Below are positions 23,304 to 35,670 of a stretch of 64,000 bases of DNA, one piece after another; position 1 is the stretch's first letter, and every line of letters begins with the position of its first letter. The stretch comes from Marsupella aquatica. Taxonomy: Eukaryota; Plantae; Marchantiophyta. Made by a program: the position numbers and the translations under genes. Location: assembly GCA_973895155.1 (NCBI GenBank), contig OZ316896.1, positions 6,624,166 to 6,688,165 on the forward strand, in the 5' to 3' direction. The notes under the pieces are model-generated. The model was not told the origin of the DNA, did no database searches, and worked only from the letters and a program-made list of their open reading frames with translations.

Positions 23304-25066
23304 ATGGCTTCCTTAATGACAAGAGCAGCTGCGAATTCAGCTACCGCTTCATGGAAAGCTTGCTGTGAGCTCAATTTGGCGTCAAGATGGAGAGCTACTC
23401 CAGTACTTCCTTTGAGAATGGCGAGGAGTAGAAGAGTGGGAGGCGAAATGAGGAGAACGGTTGCTATCCGAGCTTCCAGTTCCGGTACAGCCGACGAAAA
23501 CATGATTCCAGGGTCTGGACCATCCGGCGCAGGTGATGGTTAAATTCTTCTCTTCCTCTTTCGCTTTTTCCTGTGTAGACGATGTCACTCGTTTCTTCTG
23601 TGCAGGGATTGAGTATATCTGCCCGACGATTCACGTTATCCATCCTCCCTTGATAAGCGCTCGGGTGATCTCCAAAAGAGTCCGTGGGACGGTGACTACC
23701 TGTCTTCATTTGTGCGTGACTAGGACAACGAGTAACACAAGTCCAACTGGACCCCGGAATTTGTTATTCTCCTGAATTCCGAGGTTATAGGCCCTTTTGT
23801 TCTGTTTGCGGCTGGAAAGGTCCCCTCGTAGTCTCCATCCATATTCGTCCTTCTGACTCTCTTTCCTCGTATTCCCTGGGAGGTAGCACTTTGTCCATCC
23901 TGTTAGATTCTTTAGCTTCGTCTTTTCGGAACTTCCTTGGCGTTGTGCGTTTAGTCAGAGATACCCTTTTGATTGACCATTGGGCTCTTACATTGACAAA
24001 TAAGCATAGTAGGTCTCTTATTGTAGGGTTAATATTCAAATCTTCTCTCCGGTCTGCTGTCTCCTATATTTACTTTCTGCTCCTCTGTTGGAATCGCGGG
24101 CTCTCGGAAGTGTCATTGACACTCGAGCTGCGCGTTGCTTCAGGAGTTCAAGACTACTACACTCCTCTGTCCTCGCGGTTCCGTGTTACTGTACGAGACC
24201 ATTATGTATCTTCCCATCTGTTAAGTCGTCCATTGCCTCCCTTACGCCAGCGTTTCCGTGTAACTGTAAGCGACCATTAATCCGTTAAATCGTCCATGGC
24301 CTCCCTTATTAGGCCGGCAGACAGCGCAGCCGCAAAACAAGTGCATTTGCCGGCATTGAAACTAGCATTGATGGTGTTGTTGGCATCTTTTTGTACCCAA
24401 CGAAGCACTGCTTCCTTGTTGTCGTGCTTTTCTGCGTGAAAGCTAATTAGACACCCAGCCCGTCGGTTGTTTGCTGCTTTTGTCGTCCACCTGAAACTGC
24501 TTAGGGATGAAATGGTTGAGGCCTTCTTTTTATTAAGCTACTGGGGCCTCGCCTGCCATGTTGTTTTTCCTGGGAGTAAATTGTGAGTGGCCCTCGAGCT
24601 GATTTTGCGTGTCTATAATATGAAATATCGGCGGGTAAAGTATCTCAAACGATTCTGAGAGCCCATGTGATGTATACTCACAAGAACTGGTTTGGAACGT
24701 GGGCATGGAACACGCGCAGGTGGTTACAAAAGCTGTGTGGATGCCAACATGATGGTGCTGAGGCGGCGCGTCGAGGGCATGCGTGTGAAAGAGACGTTGA
24801 TCCAGATGCCAGATGAGTGGATGGAATGGGAGAAGTCATGCTATAGCACCTACCGTGCAGACGTGAACATTTTGGTTGCTAGTCTGCAGAGCATGCTGCT
24901 GTGCATGCGCCCTAGTGTGGTCCTCTTCATGATATCGTTCCTGCTCGCCGCCACTCCCGTAGCTATTTTTCTCTTCTTCTCGACCTTGGGCTCTCAGCTG
25001 TACACCATGAACATTGCCGTCCTCAATTTTCTAGCCCCTTGCTCAGCCAATCCACCGCCTATGTAA
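23304..25066 (+). CDS. Small plant protein with transit-peptide-like N-terminus and C-terminal hydrophobic segment (Arabidopsis At2g01300-like family, from memory); join(23304..23532,24720..25066)
   Basis: Conserved-looking VDANMMVLRRRVE...PDEWMEWEK..Y...V..LQSMLLCMRPS. Ala/Ser/Arg-rich N-terminus. A phase-1 GT-AG intron (23533-24719) preserves frame. Confidence 0.75.
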
Positions 25067-26219
25067 CAATTTCCTCTAGTACGCTCGACATAGAAGATCC
25101 CGAAGCTGACTTGAGGAGCCTGGGAACACTAAATTATCCCATTGCATCTTTCTCTGTTGCATTGAGTGCTTGAGACAGCTGCGTTAGGGTGGTGGTGTGC
25201 ACAGAAGTAGTATTGCACTGACAGGGACCTTGGCGCTCTCATCGTTTCTCAAGTACTCATTCCTTTGGCCCTGTTTTTCATCAATTAGCAAATCCAGGGA
25301 CATCAATTATAGATAACCAGGCACTCTGGACTCTGGATAGAGAGTGTTTGGTACTTATTATTATTAGCAATTATTTTGAAGATGCTATAATGGTGAATAT
25401 ACCTTCGTGTATTTTTATTTTAATGTAACTTATCCTTTGTACCATATATATTTTTATTCATTTAGGAACCACTTTAATTTTTGGTATCTTACATAATAAT
25501 GAACTCATTTTGGCAACACTCTTAATTTTTATTATATATCTGGAAGATTAATCAATTATTTTAATTTCTATCACTTTATGATCAAAATAATGGTTTATGG
25601 TAAAAATAATAGTTCACTTTCACTCATGGTTTTATTTACTAATTTTATGGTTTTTATTGAATTGAGAATCATTAATAAGATACATTAATTAACAAGTGTA
25701 CTTATCCTACCAAGTTCCCTAGTGTGACTCCCTAGTGTGATTTATTTTACTAAGTTTATATTTTTATTTAATTGAGTGTCATTAATAAAACATATTGAAT
25801 GAATAAGTGCACACAAAATAGCATTTGACTATATTTTTCCTTGGTCACTCATTAGGTTAGGTTTGTGTCATGTAACTTTATTTTACTTTTCATTGGTCTT
25901 TTTCATGTAATCTATTTATATTATTTTACTTACATTTAATATGTATTTTAGTTTTATTTTCATATTTTATTTATTTATATATCACTACAAGACAAAATAT
26001 CAAACATGTGTAGGATGAGCATGCTATAATAGTTTAAACATGAAATGTACTTTATGATTATGAAATGTATTTCAATATTTAACAAATCAGGTGCCCTCAA
26101 CTAGTAATATGACTAGTGGGCAAGTTGAACCTGTTTTAGTCAAAATATCAAATGTACTTCATGATTTAGAAAACCATATTACATCAATCAATAATATATA
26201 ACTAACTACGTTCCCTACC

Positions 26220-26327
26220 AATGTGTGGTCACAATAGACTTTATTAGCTTAAATATAAATTTTTGCTTACCAAAGAATGTGTGGTCACAATAGACTTTAT
26301 TAGCTTAAATATAAATTTTTGCTTATG
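26220..26327. repeat. Tandem duplication, ~56-bp unit x2
   Basis: aatgtgtggtcacaatagactttattagcttaaatataaatttttgctta is repeated. Confidence 0.85.
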
Positions 26328-26771
26328 GTAAATTTAAAATGATATGTCTACTATGAAATTTGTAGTCACCTTTTCTCTATGGATTATGTTGAAATTTACA
26401 CAACATGTACTTTTAGTGGAAACTGAACTCTAGGATAAAAATATAGAATATGGGGATCTAGAGTGAGAATTTAAAAAGGAACTGTAGCAAGGACAACTTC
26501 TAGCAAATTATAATTGTTGCAAAAAAAAACTAAGACACATTGCCTAAACTTAATGAACTGGAATTGTACCAATGCATAGAGTAGATAATGAAGCATCTTC
26601 TAGGAAAATTTTAGGTCAGATGATCTATTTGGAAATTAAAAACAGTCAAGTTCGTAGGGTAGTTTCTTGAAAAATCAAAGATGATCTAGAGAACACTTAT
26701 AGATGGAATAAACAGTCAAGATATACAATCTGAACCATACATGTGGGGTTTGAACTAACATATGGTATTTA

Positions 26772-27116
26772 TGTTGAGCATAGACGACAATCGCAACGAC
26801 AAGCCCATGAACCATCCAACACACAAGAGTAGACACAGAGAGATACATGGTTCACCTCCACATGAGGCTACGTCCACGGGAACACACATGAGCTTTACTG
26901 CACCCTAGGCCGACCGGCCATACCAAGCATCCACAGCGCAAGCTCTCTCTATCTCTCAACTAGATCCGTAACAATGAGCCTGAGTTCTCTCTCTCCAAGC
27001 AAACACCGCTTGGTCATAGAGTGTGCACAACATGACTAACCTAACCAAGTCTGCGACTAAGGTTAGCCTTAACTATGGTACAGTCATAACTCTAGACCTA
27101 AGAGTAAATCCTAACA
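26772..27116 (-). mobile_element. Solo LTR of the Ty1/copia family at 59821
   Basis: TG...CA ends, a perfect 5-bp TSD ATTTA (26767-71, 27117-21), and high similarity to 59821-60030. Confidence 0.92.
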
Positions 27117-29600
27117 ATTTAGACCATATAAATAACATTCTCTTTATTTTGACACTACCGTTTGGGGCATGCTTTCAGGTCTCAATGAACCAAAATACAC
27201 TTCATAATTAAATTGTGTACCCCTTATTTATGTACGCTTCAATGCTTGTGATGAAGCTAGTACATGTTCTCATGTTGTTCTTACTTTTAAATTTCAAAAT
27301 AATACATACATTGTCACTGTTTCCACCAAATGCTTGGAACATTCTATTTCAAGGTTTCACAAGTATTTTGTTGCTCCCGTGACAAGTTTTGATACTTGTA
27401 TTCTCCACAAGCCAGGAGGGCACCATAGTAGTATAAGTTGTTGGAAGTGATTTTTAATTAACAAAATACTGCCAAAATCTCCCCTTCCCCAGCTCCTAGC
27501 AAAATGCTACAAAGAAGAATATATTAGGGGAAGAAATATCAAGCAAAATTTGCCAAATTCTGTGTAACTTACATGCAGTTGGATTTGTCATATAGACTAA
27601 TGAGATCAGATGTTGATCATTAATGCCATTGGTGTGCACTTCTTAAACTGACTGTTTAAAGTACCCCTCTGCACAGAAAACAGAATGAACTGGATTTTTT
27701 CACATATCACCATAGCACGTGATACTAAAGTGAGGACCCGCACAAAACCAAATACATGCAATTCTATACCAAGTGGGTACTCTTGAAGATCAAATCCCAT
27801 CACGCTACCCTGGTCCAGGTTACTTTGGCAAAGCAAGTGTTTAATGAATTGCTACACCCACTCCAGTTGTGAACACCATGTTAAATCAAACGTGAGGAAT
27901 CCAAAAAAAAATCTAAGGCATCGAAACTGCAAAAAGAGGAAAATTTGTCAAAAATGCAAAGCCTGAATCTAGAGTATGATGCCAGAATTGTCCTTTGCAT
28001 TTGGCTATCAGCTTCAATAGAAGCAATTACAAAGCGGGTGAGAATGGTGATAACTTTGGAATCTACCTTGTAGCAAGACACTTAACCATGGTTGAGTGCT
28101 ATTTAACCAAGCTTAGGTTAGAGGCAAAACTATACAAGGAAGTGACCCCAGCCGCTGTAAAGCTTTATGTTTGCTTATACTTTTGATGACTTGCCTTCAC
28201 GTCTCTGCGCTCCTAACCTGTAATACTTACCCTGTCACACCAATATGAGTGACTGTTATCAGAGTATGTCATGTTGTATGAGTTTAAGGTTCTCATATGT
28301 GTGCTATATGAGCTGATAGGGTTCAGTTTACATTTGAAGGGATAGTTATCCCTTGTGGTGGCTCAAAGGCCTCATCTTTCGATGTTGCGCCTTTGAGCAC
28401 AAGCTTTGGCAGCTATGGTGTGGCTGACCAGATTCGTGTGTATAAACATGGATTCCTTGAGTGCAAGGTACGTGTGGCTCGACATATGTGTGTGATCGGA
28501 TCCGGCGTGATCAAGTGTGTGTTGTTAGCATCGACTGTTGTTTGATTTTTGTGAAGATTTTTGTGAGTTTTGGACATGTGTGGATATGAGTTCCAATTGT
28601 ATCTCATTCTCTTATGTGTGTTTGAATGTGCCAATATTTGGATTGTGACACGCAATGTATGTTGTTTAGCGATGTGTATGTGCACGACAGCCCCCCACAT
28701 ACATACACATGAATCTTCTTAGCCTTATTCACGACACTCTTGCTTGTATTTACTGTTGAAAGTAACGGGCAATACAAGTTAAATTGCATTCCCATGCACA
28801 TTTGAACTAATCAAGTGCCAAGTGCGATACTTGCACTTAGCATAAGAGTTTGAATTTCTCAGTCAAATTGTTGAGCTTGAGACAATCATAAACGGAAGAA
28901 GCAAATAGAACTTTGATACTTGTATTGAAAGTCCCTTTGAGAAGTCCCTTGAGTCTAAAGTAAGGTAGAGAATTATTGTGAGTGCTACCTAACTTTTCTT
29001 CTACTTGATTTTTTCTGGTCAAGTCTCGAATATGGTTGACAACTGTTTACTGAGTCATAAGGTTTGTTGCTCAGAAATTGGCGTATTGGTGAGGAAATTC
29101 ACCAATTACAACATGAATCAATCTTGGAGGGTTGTTTGGGATGGTTTTGCAATTGTTAGGTATGGCAACGACACGTCCAATGACTAGAAATGAAGAAATT
29201 GTTACTTAGTGAGTTTTAGTTGTATGGGACTCTCATTGAACATGAGGTCCTTCCTTTAGGGCTGGTGGGTATATGTTACTACAAATCCATAGCTCCCCAA
29301 GATCAAAATGGCTGGATACCTTCAACTTTGTGGGAATACTCAAGGCGTTCTAGATCACACCAAAGTCATGTTGATTGCTTGCCTCCATGACCTAAATTCT
29401 TGTTGCACTATATGCTTGGCGGATGAGAACTTTGATATCAGTGTTGGAATGGAGAATACTGTCATATGGCATATTAGTCTTGTCAAATTTGGGAAAGGCA
29501 TCCCTAAGTCAACATGTCCCAAGGTTAGGTAGTTTTGGTAGGAATTAGATATGAACGTTAAGCTTTGGTATTTATTGTTTGTTCCTTTTTTGGTAGCAAT

Positions 29601-30400
29601 ATCAAATCAAATCAAATTCTCAGCTCCAAAACGATCCAAAGAGTCAAGCAAGCTGTGACAATCAATGCCAAATACAAAGCATAGATAACAAGTTGTAAGC
29701 TAGTGTGAGGACCTCAACTTCCTCATTGAGTAACCAAACCAAAGGACCTAGAGAGTCTCTAAAAACCCTCATGGTGTGGTATGATATGGTAATGTATTAT
29801 GAGCTCCAGGACCATAATAGTCCAAAGGAGATGCAACAAAAAAGAAAGTACAATACAAAGAAATGAGCAATCAAAAGAAATTGCTCAATAGTGGATCAAT
29901 AGTCCTCCATCAAACTACGCGCCTAAAGAGTCCTCAAATATATTCCAGACCTTGTCTCTGTTGTCTATCAATTGCTAAGATAAATCTACCCAGTTGCTGA
30001 GGGGGGCAGACTAAATAATGCATACACATCTTTCACCAAGATCTAACTAAGATGCAATTCTTACACCCTCATAAACCTTGCAAGCAATATGAAAACAAGA
30101 TAGTCATTCTCTATACTAGAGCTATCACAGAGTTGACAAACCCTATTTTCCTCTCAATACCTGTCCATCTCCCTTGTTCTACTTCAAGATGGTTTGGAAC
30201 TAAGTCTATATAGCAAGCAATCATATGTCTAAGTTGTACTGAAATACTACTAGACATGTACTCTTGCAGCCGTGGGCTAGGATCATGCTAGAGTTTGTGC
30301 ACAGCCCTCTCTTCAAGTACTTGTGTTTATCACAAGGCAAGGCAATAGCACCATTGATTGTCTTCTTGCATTAGCTACCTTTGCTCTCGGCCTTTGCTAG
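29601..30400 (-). mobile_element. Second degenerate 3' fragment of the RTE/L2-like LINE family
   Basis: (ATCAA)3 tail and 3' UTR homologous to 4276-4415. The segment 30100-30210 is homologous to 4570-4675. Confidence 0.6.
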
Positions 30401-30685
30401 TAAAATCAGTGACTAGGATATTACCCTCACAACCAGATTCCCCTCATTCACCACTTTTGTTTTATCTCAACCTGGCACTCACAATCCCAGCCAAAGCTCA
30501 TAAAGAGTCCCTACCTCAGCCTATATTTTAGATCCTGATAGAGAAATCATATTCAAGACCAACTTTGAATATCTCTTAGCCTCCATACCTCTAATGACCA
30601 GATAGAGCTTTGACAAGTGATAGTAGAGGCAGCATTGCATACTTTCTCCACCCAACCTGGCTCCTAGGAAGCAAAGCTGAAGGCA

Positions 30686-31100
30686 TGGTTTGATGAGGAA
30701 TATGCTAGAGCAAGGGTGCAAGCTAGATCACATTCAAAGGAGAAGCGACTACTTGCATTCACCATGTACAAGAACTTCATGAAACATAAGAAAAGTGGCT
30801 TCATGAAGGGACATCAACAATCATTTTGTGAAGACTAAGTTCATCCAACATCCTAAAAGTTTTTGGCGGAGAATGCACTCAGGCAAGACTACTCCCTCTC
30901 TGGATCACAAGGCCTTAGTAAACTATGTCATATCCTTGTACTTCTTTCCTAATGCAACTTGCATGGCTTTGCCTCATGGGGACACCATTGATTTTATAGA
31001 GAAGTAGGTGATCCAAGGTTGTCCTCTCTCACCAATTCTCTTTGGCATCTTCATTGATAAGCTACACAATATTTTGGAGGAGCATGGTGGAGTTGGTACT
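30686..31100 (+). mobile_element. LINE ORF2/RT fragment
   Basis: WFDEE motif at ~30686 and RT motif IQGCPLSPILFGIFIDKL at ~31011. Confidence 0.65.
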
Positions 31101-33541
31101 AGTGGTGGACCAAGCCCCCCAACGCCCTCTTTAAACCCAATACTCTTTCCCAGGTACCTTTGGTGCCCAAACGCCTTCACGGAACTCCACAAGCAAGCAA
31201 CACGATGCCTCTATCACCTCCAGCGATAAACTCCCTTACAAAGCGGTTGCACTTGCTTTGTAACGCAACCATTTCTCAATGGTCCCTACTATCTACACAA
31301 GCAACCAACCCCATTGGTAAGTAATCATCATGATCTTGGATTCCAACACCATTTCTTGCCTCAAGCTCAATAGTCATTAGTAAATAGGTCAGCGGATAAA
31401 ATCTTTCAGAGCAGCATTGTCGTGATAATTTAATTATTCAAGATGGAATCACTTTTACTTTAAGTTATTACTAAGTATATAGGTTAGGTTTATATTTCAT
31501 TACGGGATAACTAAATAGTTTGACTATTACTCGCTTTATGTGCATGCAAGAGAAGCAACGATGCAAATCATAAGATGCATGCATAAATTGTTTTAGATGC
31601 AGGCGTAAATTATTTTATTTGCATGTAATAGTTATTTTATGTTCATGCAAGGTGAGAAAATATTGAAGCCACAAGGTGCATGCACAATTTATTTTAGACT
31701 CATTTAAATCATTTTATTTGTATGCATTAGTTGTTTTATGCGCATGCAAAATGAGCAAATACACAAGCCACAAGGTTCATGCATGCACAAATTATTTTAG
31801 ATGCATGCATTATTTGTTTTGATTCCAATAGTACTAGCACACATTCTTACATTGGATGTGTATCACTTGGTTTTTATCTAAGCGTTTAGGCGTAATTTAT
31901 GTCCTCTTGGATTCAATATAAATAAAGTGGTTAGGAACACTCTCTTCTCAATTCTCACATTTTGATAATTCTTTGGTCAAAGTAATCTTCTTTTCATATC
32001 TCATCTTTTTCTTCAATTTTTTGCCTTATGTACATAGTAGTGGGGCGTCATTTGGCCCGGATAACAAAGAAAAGAATGATGAATTTATAGATGGGACCTT
32101 AGGGAACAAGGTCTCTTTGGAAACTTAGAGGTGGGGCATCATTTGGCCCAGATAGCAAAAAAACAAAAGAACCATCATGAATTCAGGAGAGAGAGAGATA
32201 TATCTTTAATCTTCCCCTTCATAACCCATTTTTTATTAGAGTCCATTTTTTGGACAAGCCATCCATGAGGTAATATTTAACCTATCACTATGAAGCTTAA
32301 TTTGTAGCTGTTTTATGGGTTCTAACAAGCCAATTATAGTATACCCAGTAATATCTTATTGAGAGGAGTGGGAGTGCATTATCTTTGTTTTCTATTAAAA
32401 TCATGGATCTGAATAGCAATCCAAATGATATTCCTGTTTTATTTTTTTTTGAAGATAAGGATTATATGTCGTAGAAAATTTAATTTTTGAGAGGTGTTGG
32501 TCAGCAAGCATGATAAAATAGAGTTTAATAGTATATGAATTTCAACAGAACGTTTCTTAATACCCACTACCCTTGTTACTAGAGTTATCATTTTGGTTTT
32601 AGTATAGAACTTATGGGCATGTAAGGTTGACTTCATAAGAGCAAACATGCTCTTACCACAAAACACGATCACCCGGACATAAATAACAATCATACTGAGA
32701 AATCGATGGATTTTGAAGTTAGCTTGTGCATGTCTAACTTTTGGTTGATAAAGAGAGATATGATTTTGGAACTATGAGTCCTTAATTTGTCAGTATATCA
32801 TTAGTCAAGAAGAAAGATTTGCAATCATGAGGACTTTGCTGAGCTGAACTGAAAAAGCGCACAGGCGGCGCCGGGCTGTGTATACACTTAACGTGTGGGC
32901 TGTGTATACACTTAACGAGTGATAGGAAGGGATCCGGATTGGAATGCGGAGATTCGAGCTGTGCTGCCCAGAAGGATGGCATAAGCGTTTAGATAGGCGG
33001 TGACAAGTGATAGTTGATTTGACCCAGGTATCTTGGCTGGGGGTTATCGCGGCTATAGCAAGATTTAGGTTGTGCCAGTAAGGTCACAACGCAACAGTGG
33101 ACTCTGCCGCTTCAAGGCGGTGGATGAGGGGACACTTTCTTGCTGAGGTTGGTCCCCGTGGAGCGCATTTGGTGGGGTATAAGGGTGACATTGGCACAGG
33201 GCCGCTGCACCAGGAGGATGCTATACCACGTCTTTTTCGGGAGTCAAAACGGGAGGAATGTTCTGGTGGATTCTGACTCTAGAAGATAGGTGGGCATTTG
33301 CGCTGTACTGTGGGATTCTTCACTAGGATCTCAGAGGAGCACTATTGCGGTGTCACTCTGAAATCGTGGTGGAGCAGCTCATCGTGACTCTAGAGATCAT
33401 ATGTATGTAAGTGATTGGGAGATGCGGGGATTCTGATTGGGAGCCGCTCTGAAGTGGGAGAAGGTACGTCCGATTTGTTTTCTTACCTTTGGCTTGGTTG
33501 CATTGTTGTTACCTTGCGACTGTGGAAGCAGGGAAGATACT

Positions 33542-35614
33542 ATGGCAACAATGGATTACTACGGAAAGGTGGAACCCTTGGTGCGGGATAGAGGGGTGAG
33601 AGGCGGACGCATTCCTACGACCGGTAGGGAGAGGGGTGAGTTCGGGAGGCAGCTTGAGAGGGGGCCCGCGGAGCTTCAATATGGTGGCACTGGCGAGGCA
33701 GAGGACCCTGGAAGAAAGGAGCATTTAGGGGACAAAAACGGGGGGTTGCGGGAGCGATTCTCGGCTCAAGATGCCAGGCGAGATTCGGAGGTGAGCCGGG
33801 GTTTACTGCCGGTCAGAGGTGGCAGTAGCTTGGCTATCGGGATTAGAAGCATTGTAGACTCACAAGCGCGTCTGGACTGGGGGGATCTGATGGAGCTGGA
33901 AAGTGAGATGCCTGGAGGTGATCCTATAGTAGGGGGGCATATATGGCTGGACTCAGAAAATGCGCTGAGAAATGTGGGCCGACGAGAGTCTGCACTGGGG
34001 GAGCTGAGGATTCCTGTTGAGGAGGAGGCTTCTGAGGAATGTGTGCGAATTCTACAAAATATTGGGATTCGATCTAAAGGGAATCTTGATAAGAAGCTTT
34101 TCACAACTCTCGATTGGACTATGGCGGAAGCTGCTCTCAACGTGAGACAACTGTATAATTGTGCACTTATGTGCTTCTTCACGGACAGGCCACCTCTGCT
34201 ACAGGTGTTTCGAGAGTGGGTGGAGGAGGTGATGACTAGCCAAGGTAATTGGCCGGTCCTCTAGATTAAATTTGTGGGGAAGGGGTTTTATATGATTGTC
34301 TTTGAGCATCCGGATCATCGGGACATGGCGCTAAACTCTGCCCCATGGTTTATGGATCGGAGATTTGTATACACGTTCCCATGGGACCCCTCTTTTGACA
34401 TTAAAAATGAGACATTCACTAAACTGCCGGTATGGATAGAGCTTCCTTTTCGGGATCTTGCATTGGAGGGATGCAGGAGGCAGATTGCTTGCTCACTGGG
34501 CCCTCTGCTTTACTACATCCAGGGAGATCAGTTTAGCTCCTTCCCCCATGATAGAGCGTGCATTCTCTGGGACACGGATCGGGAGGTCCCTACTAGTGTT
34601 AGAATTCGAATTAGGGATGATATCGTGATATGGCAACCAGTGACATTTTGCAACATTCCATATCACTATTATAAATGTAATAAGAAGGGTCACCTGGCAC
34701 GTAATTGCGGAGAATCAGGGGCATATGAGCCGCCTGTGATGGTTGAAGCAGAGATTCCAGATGAGAAGGATGATGAACGCCATTCAGAAGCAGATGCGGA
34801 AGAGGCTCAACGGGCTTTGGATAACGCCAAGGCCAGGGCGGAATTCAGGGAGGCCAGGGCATTGCAGGTGGAAAACCAGCAAAGGAAGGCTGTGGAGGTA
34901 GATATGGAGCAGATCGAGAGGATGGTCTTTGAGAGTAGCAGGCACAAAAACCGGGTTGAGGGTTCGGGCTTAATGACAGGTGAGCCTGTTCATCTGAATG
35001 CGGGGATGCCCTTGGCAGTGGTGGCTAGAAATGAGTTGGCTCCGGTGGAGGTGGTTCTCCCATTGGCGTGCAGGAGCGAGTATGGAAGGAAGGAGACTGT
35101 GCTGGATGCCAAGGCTTTGATTTTTGAGCCGCCCCCTTTTCCTGCGGAGCAAGGGAACTCTAGACTGCTACAGGCCTCTGACTTTAATCGGGGGGACTCT
35201 GGCAAAGAAGCTTTCTCGTATCATGGTGATTCGGACGCAGAGATGTCTGAATATGAGACTTACATTTCAAACAGTAAACTCAAGTCCAGAGCACGGAAGC
35301 AGGAGCTGAGAACTCCTCCCACTGTTACCAAAGACAAACTGAAAGGTGATTCCAAGAAACAACGTTCCCTAAGCTTCTCACGAGGATGCTTGTCTGATGC
35401 AGGTGTTGGTGACAGGTCCTCACGGGGACACAAAGGGCTGGCACGTACCGAGCGATCCGATGGAGAGGAGATAGGTAAGGTTGTGGGAGAGGGGTCCTCT
35501 GGTGTAAACAGGGGTGGTAATCGGCTTAAGTTGATACCTTTTGCTGCGGTCTCAGGCAACCTGAGAATTAGCTCGGATGTGGAGATGTCTCCCGGGGGAC
35601 GAGCTCGAATTTAA
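33542..35614 (+). pseudogene. L1 ORF1 (DUF4283-like + zinc knuckle), one premature stop
   Basis: VGKGFYMIVF, APWFMD, LPVWIELP and degenerate knuckle YYKCNKKGHLARNC. TAG at 34262 lies between in-frame ORFs. Confidence 0.85.
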
Positions 35615-35670
35615 CTCAACTCGGAGGCAGAGATGGAGGCCGCTGCTTCGGTGATTCAAATTTAGGCTAG

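Noticed and set aside
27600-29530. Scattered short ORFs, possibly a decayed coding remnant
   Set aside because: No recognisable motif or consistent frame.
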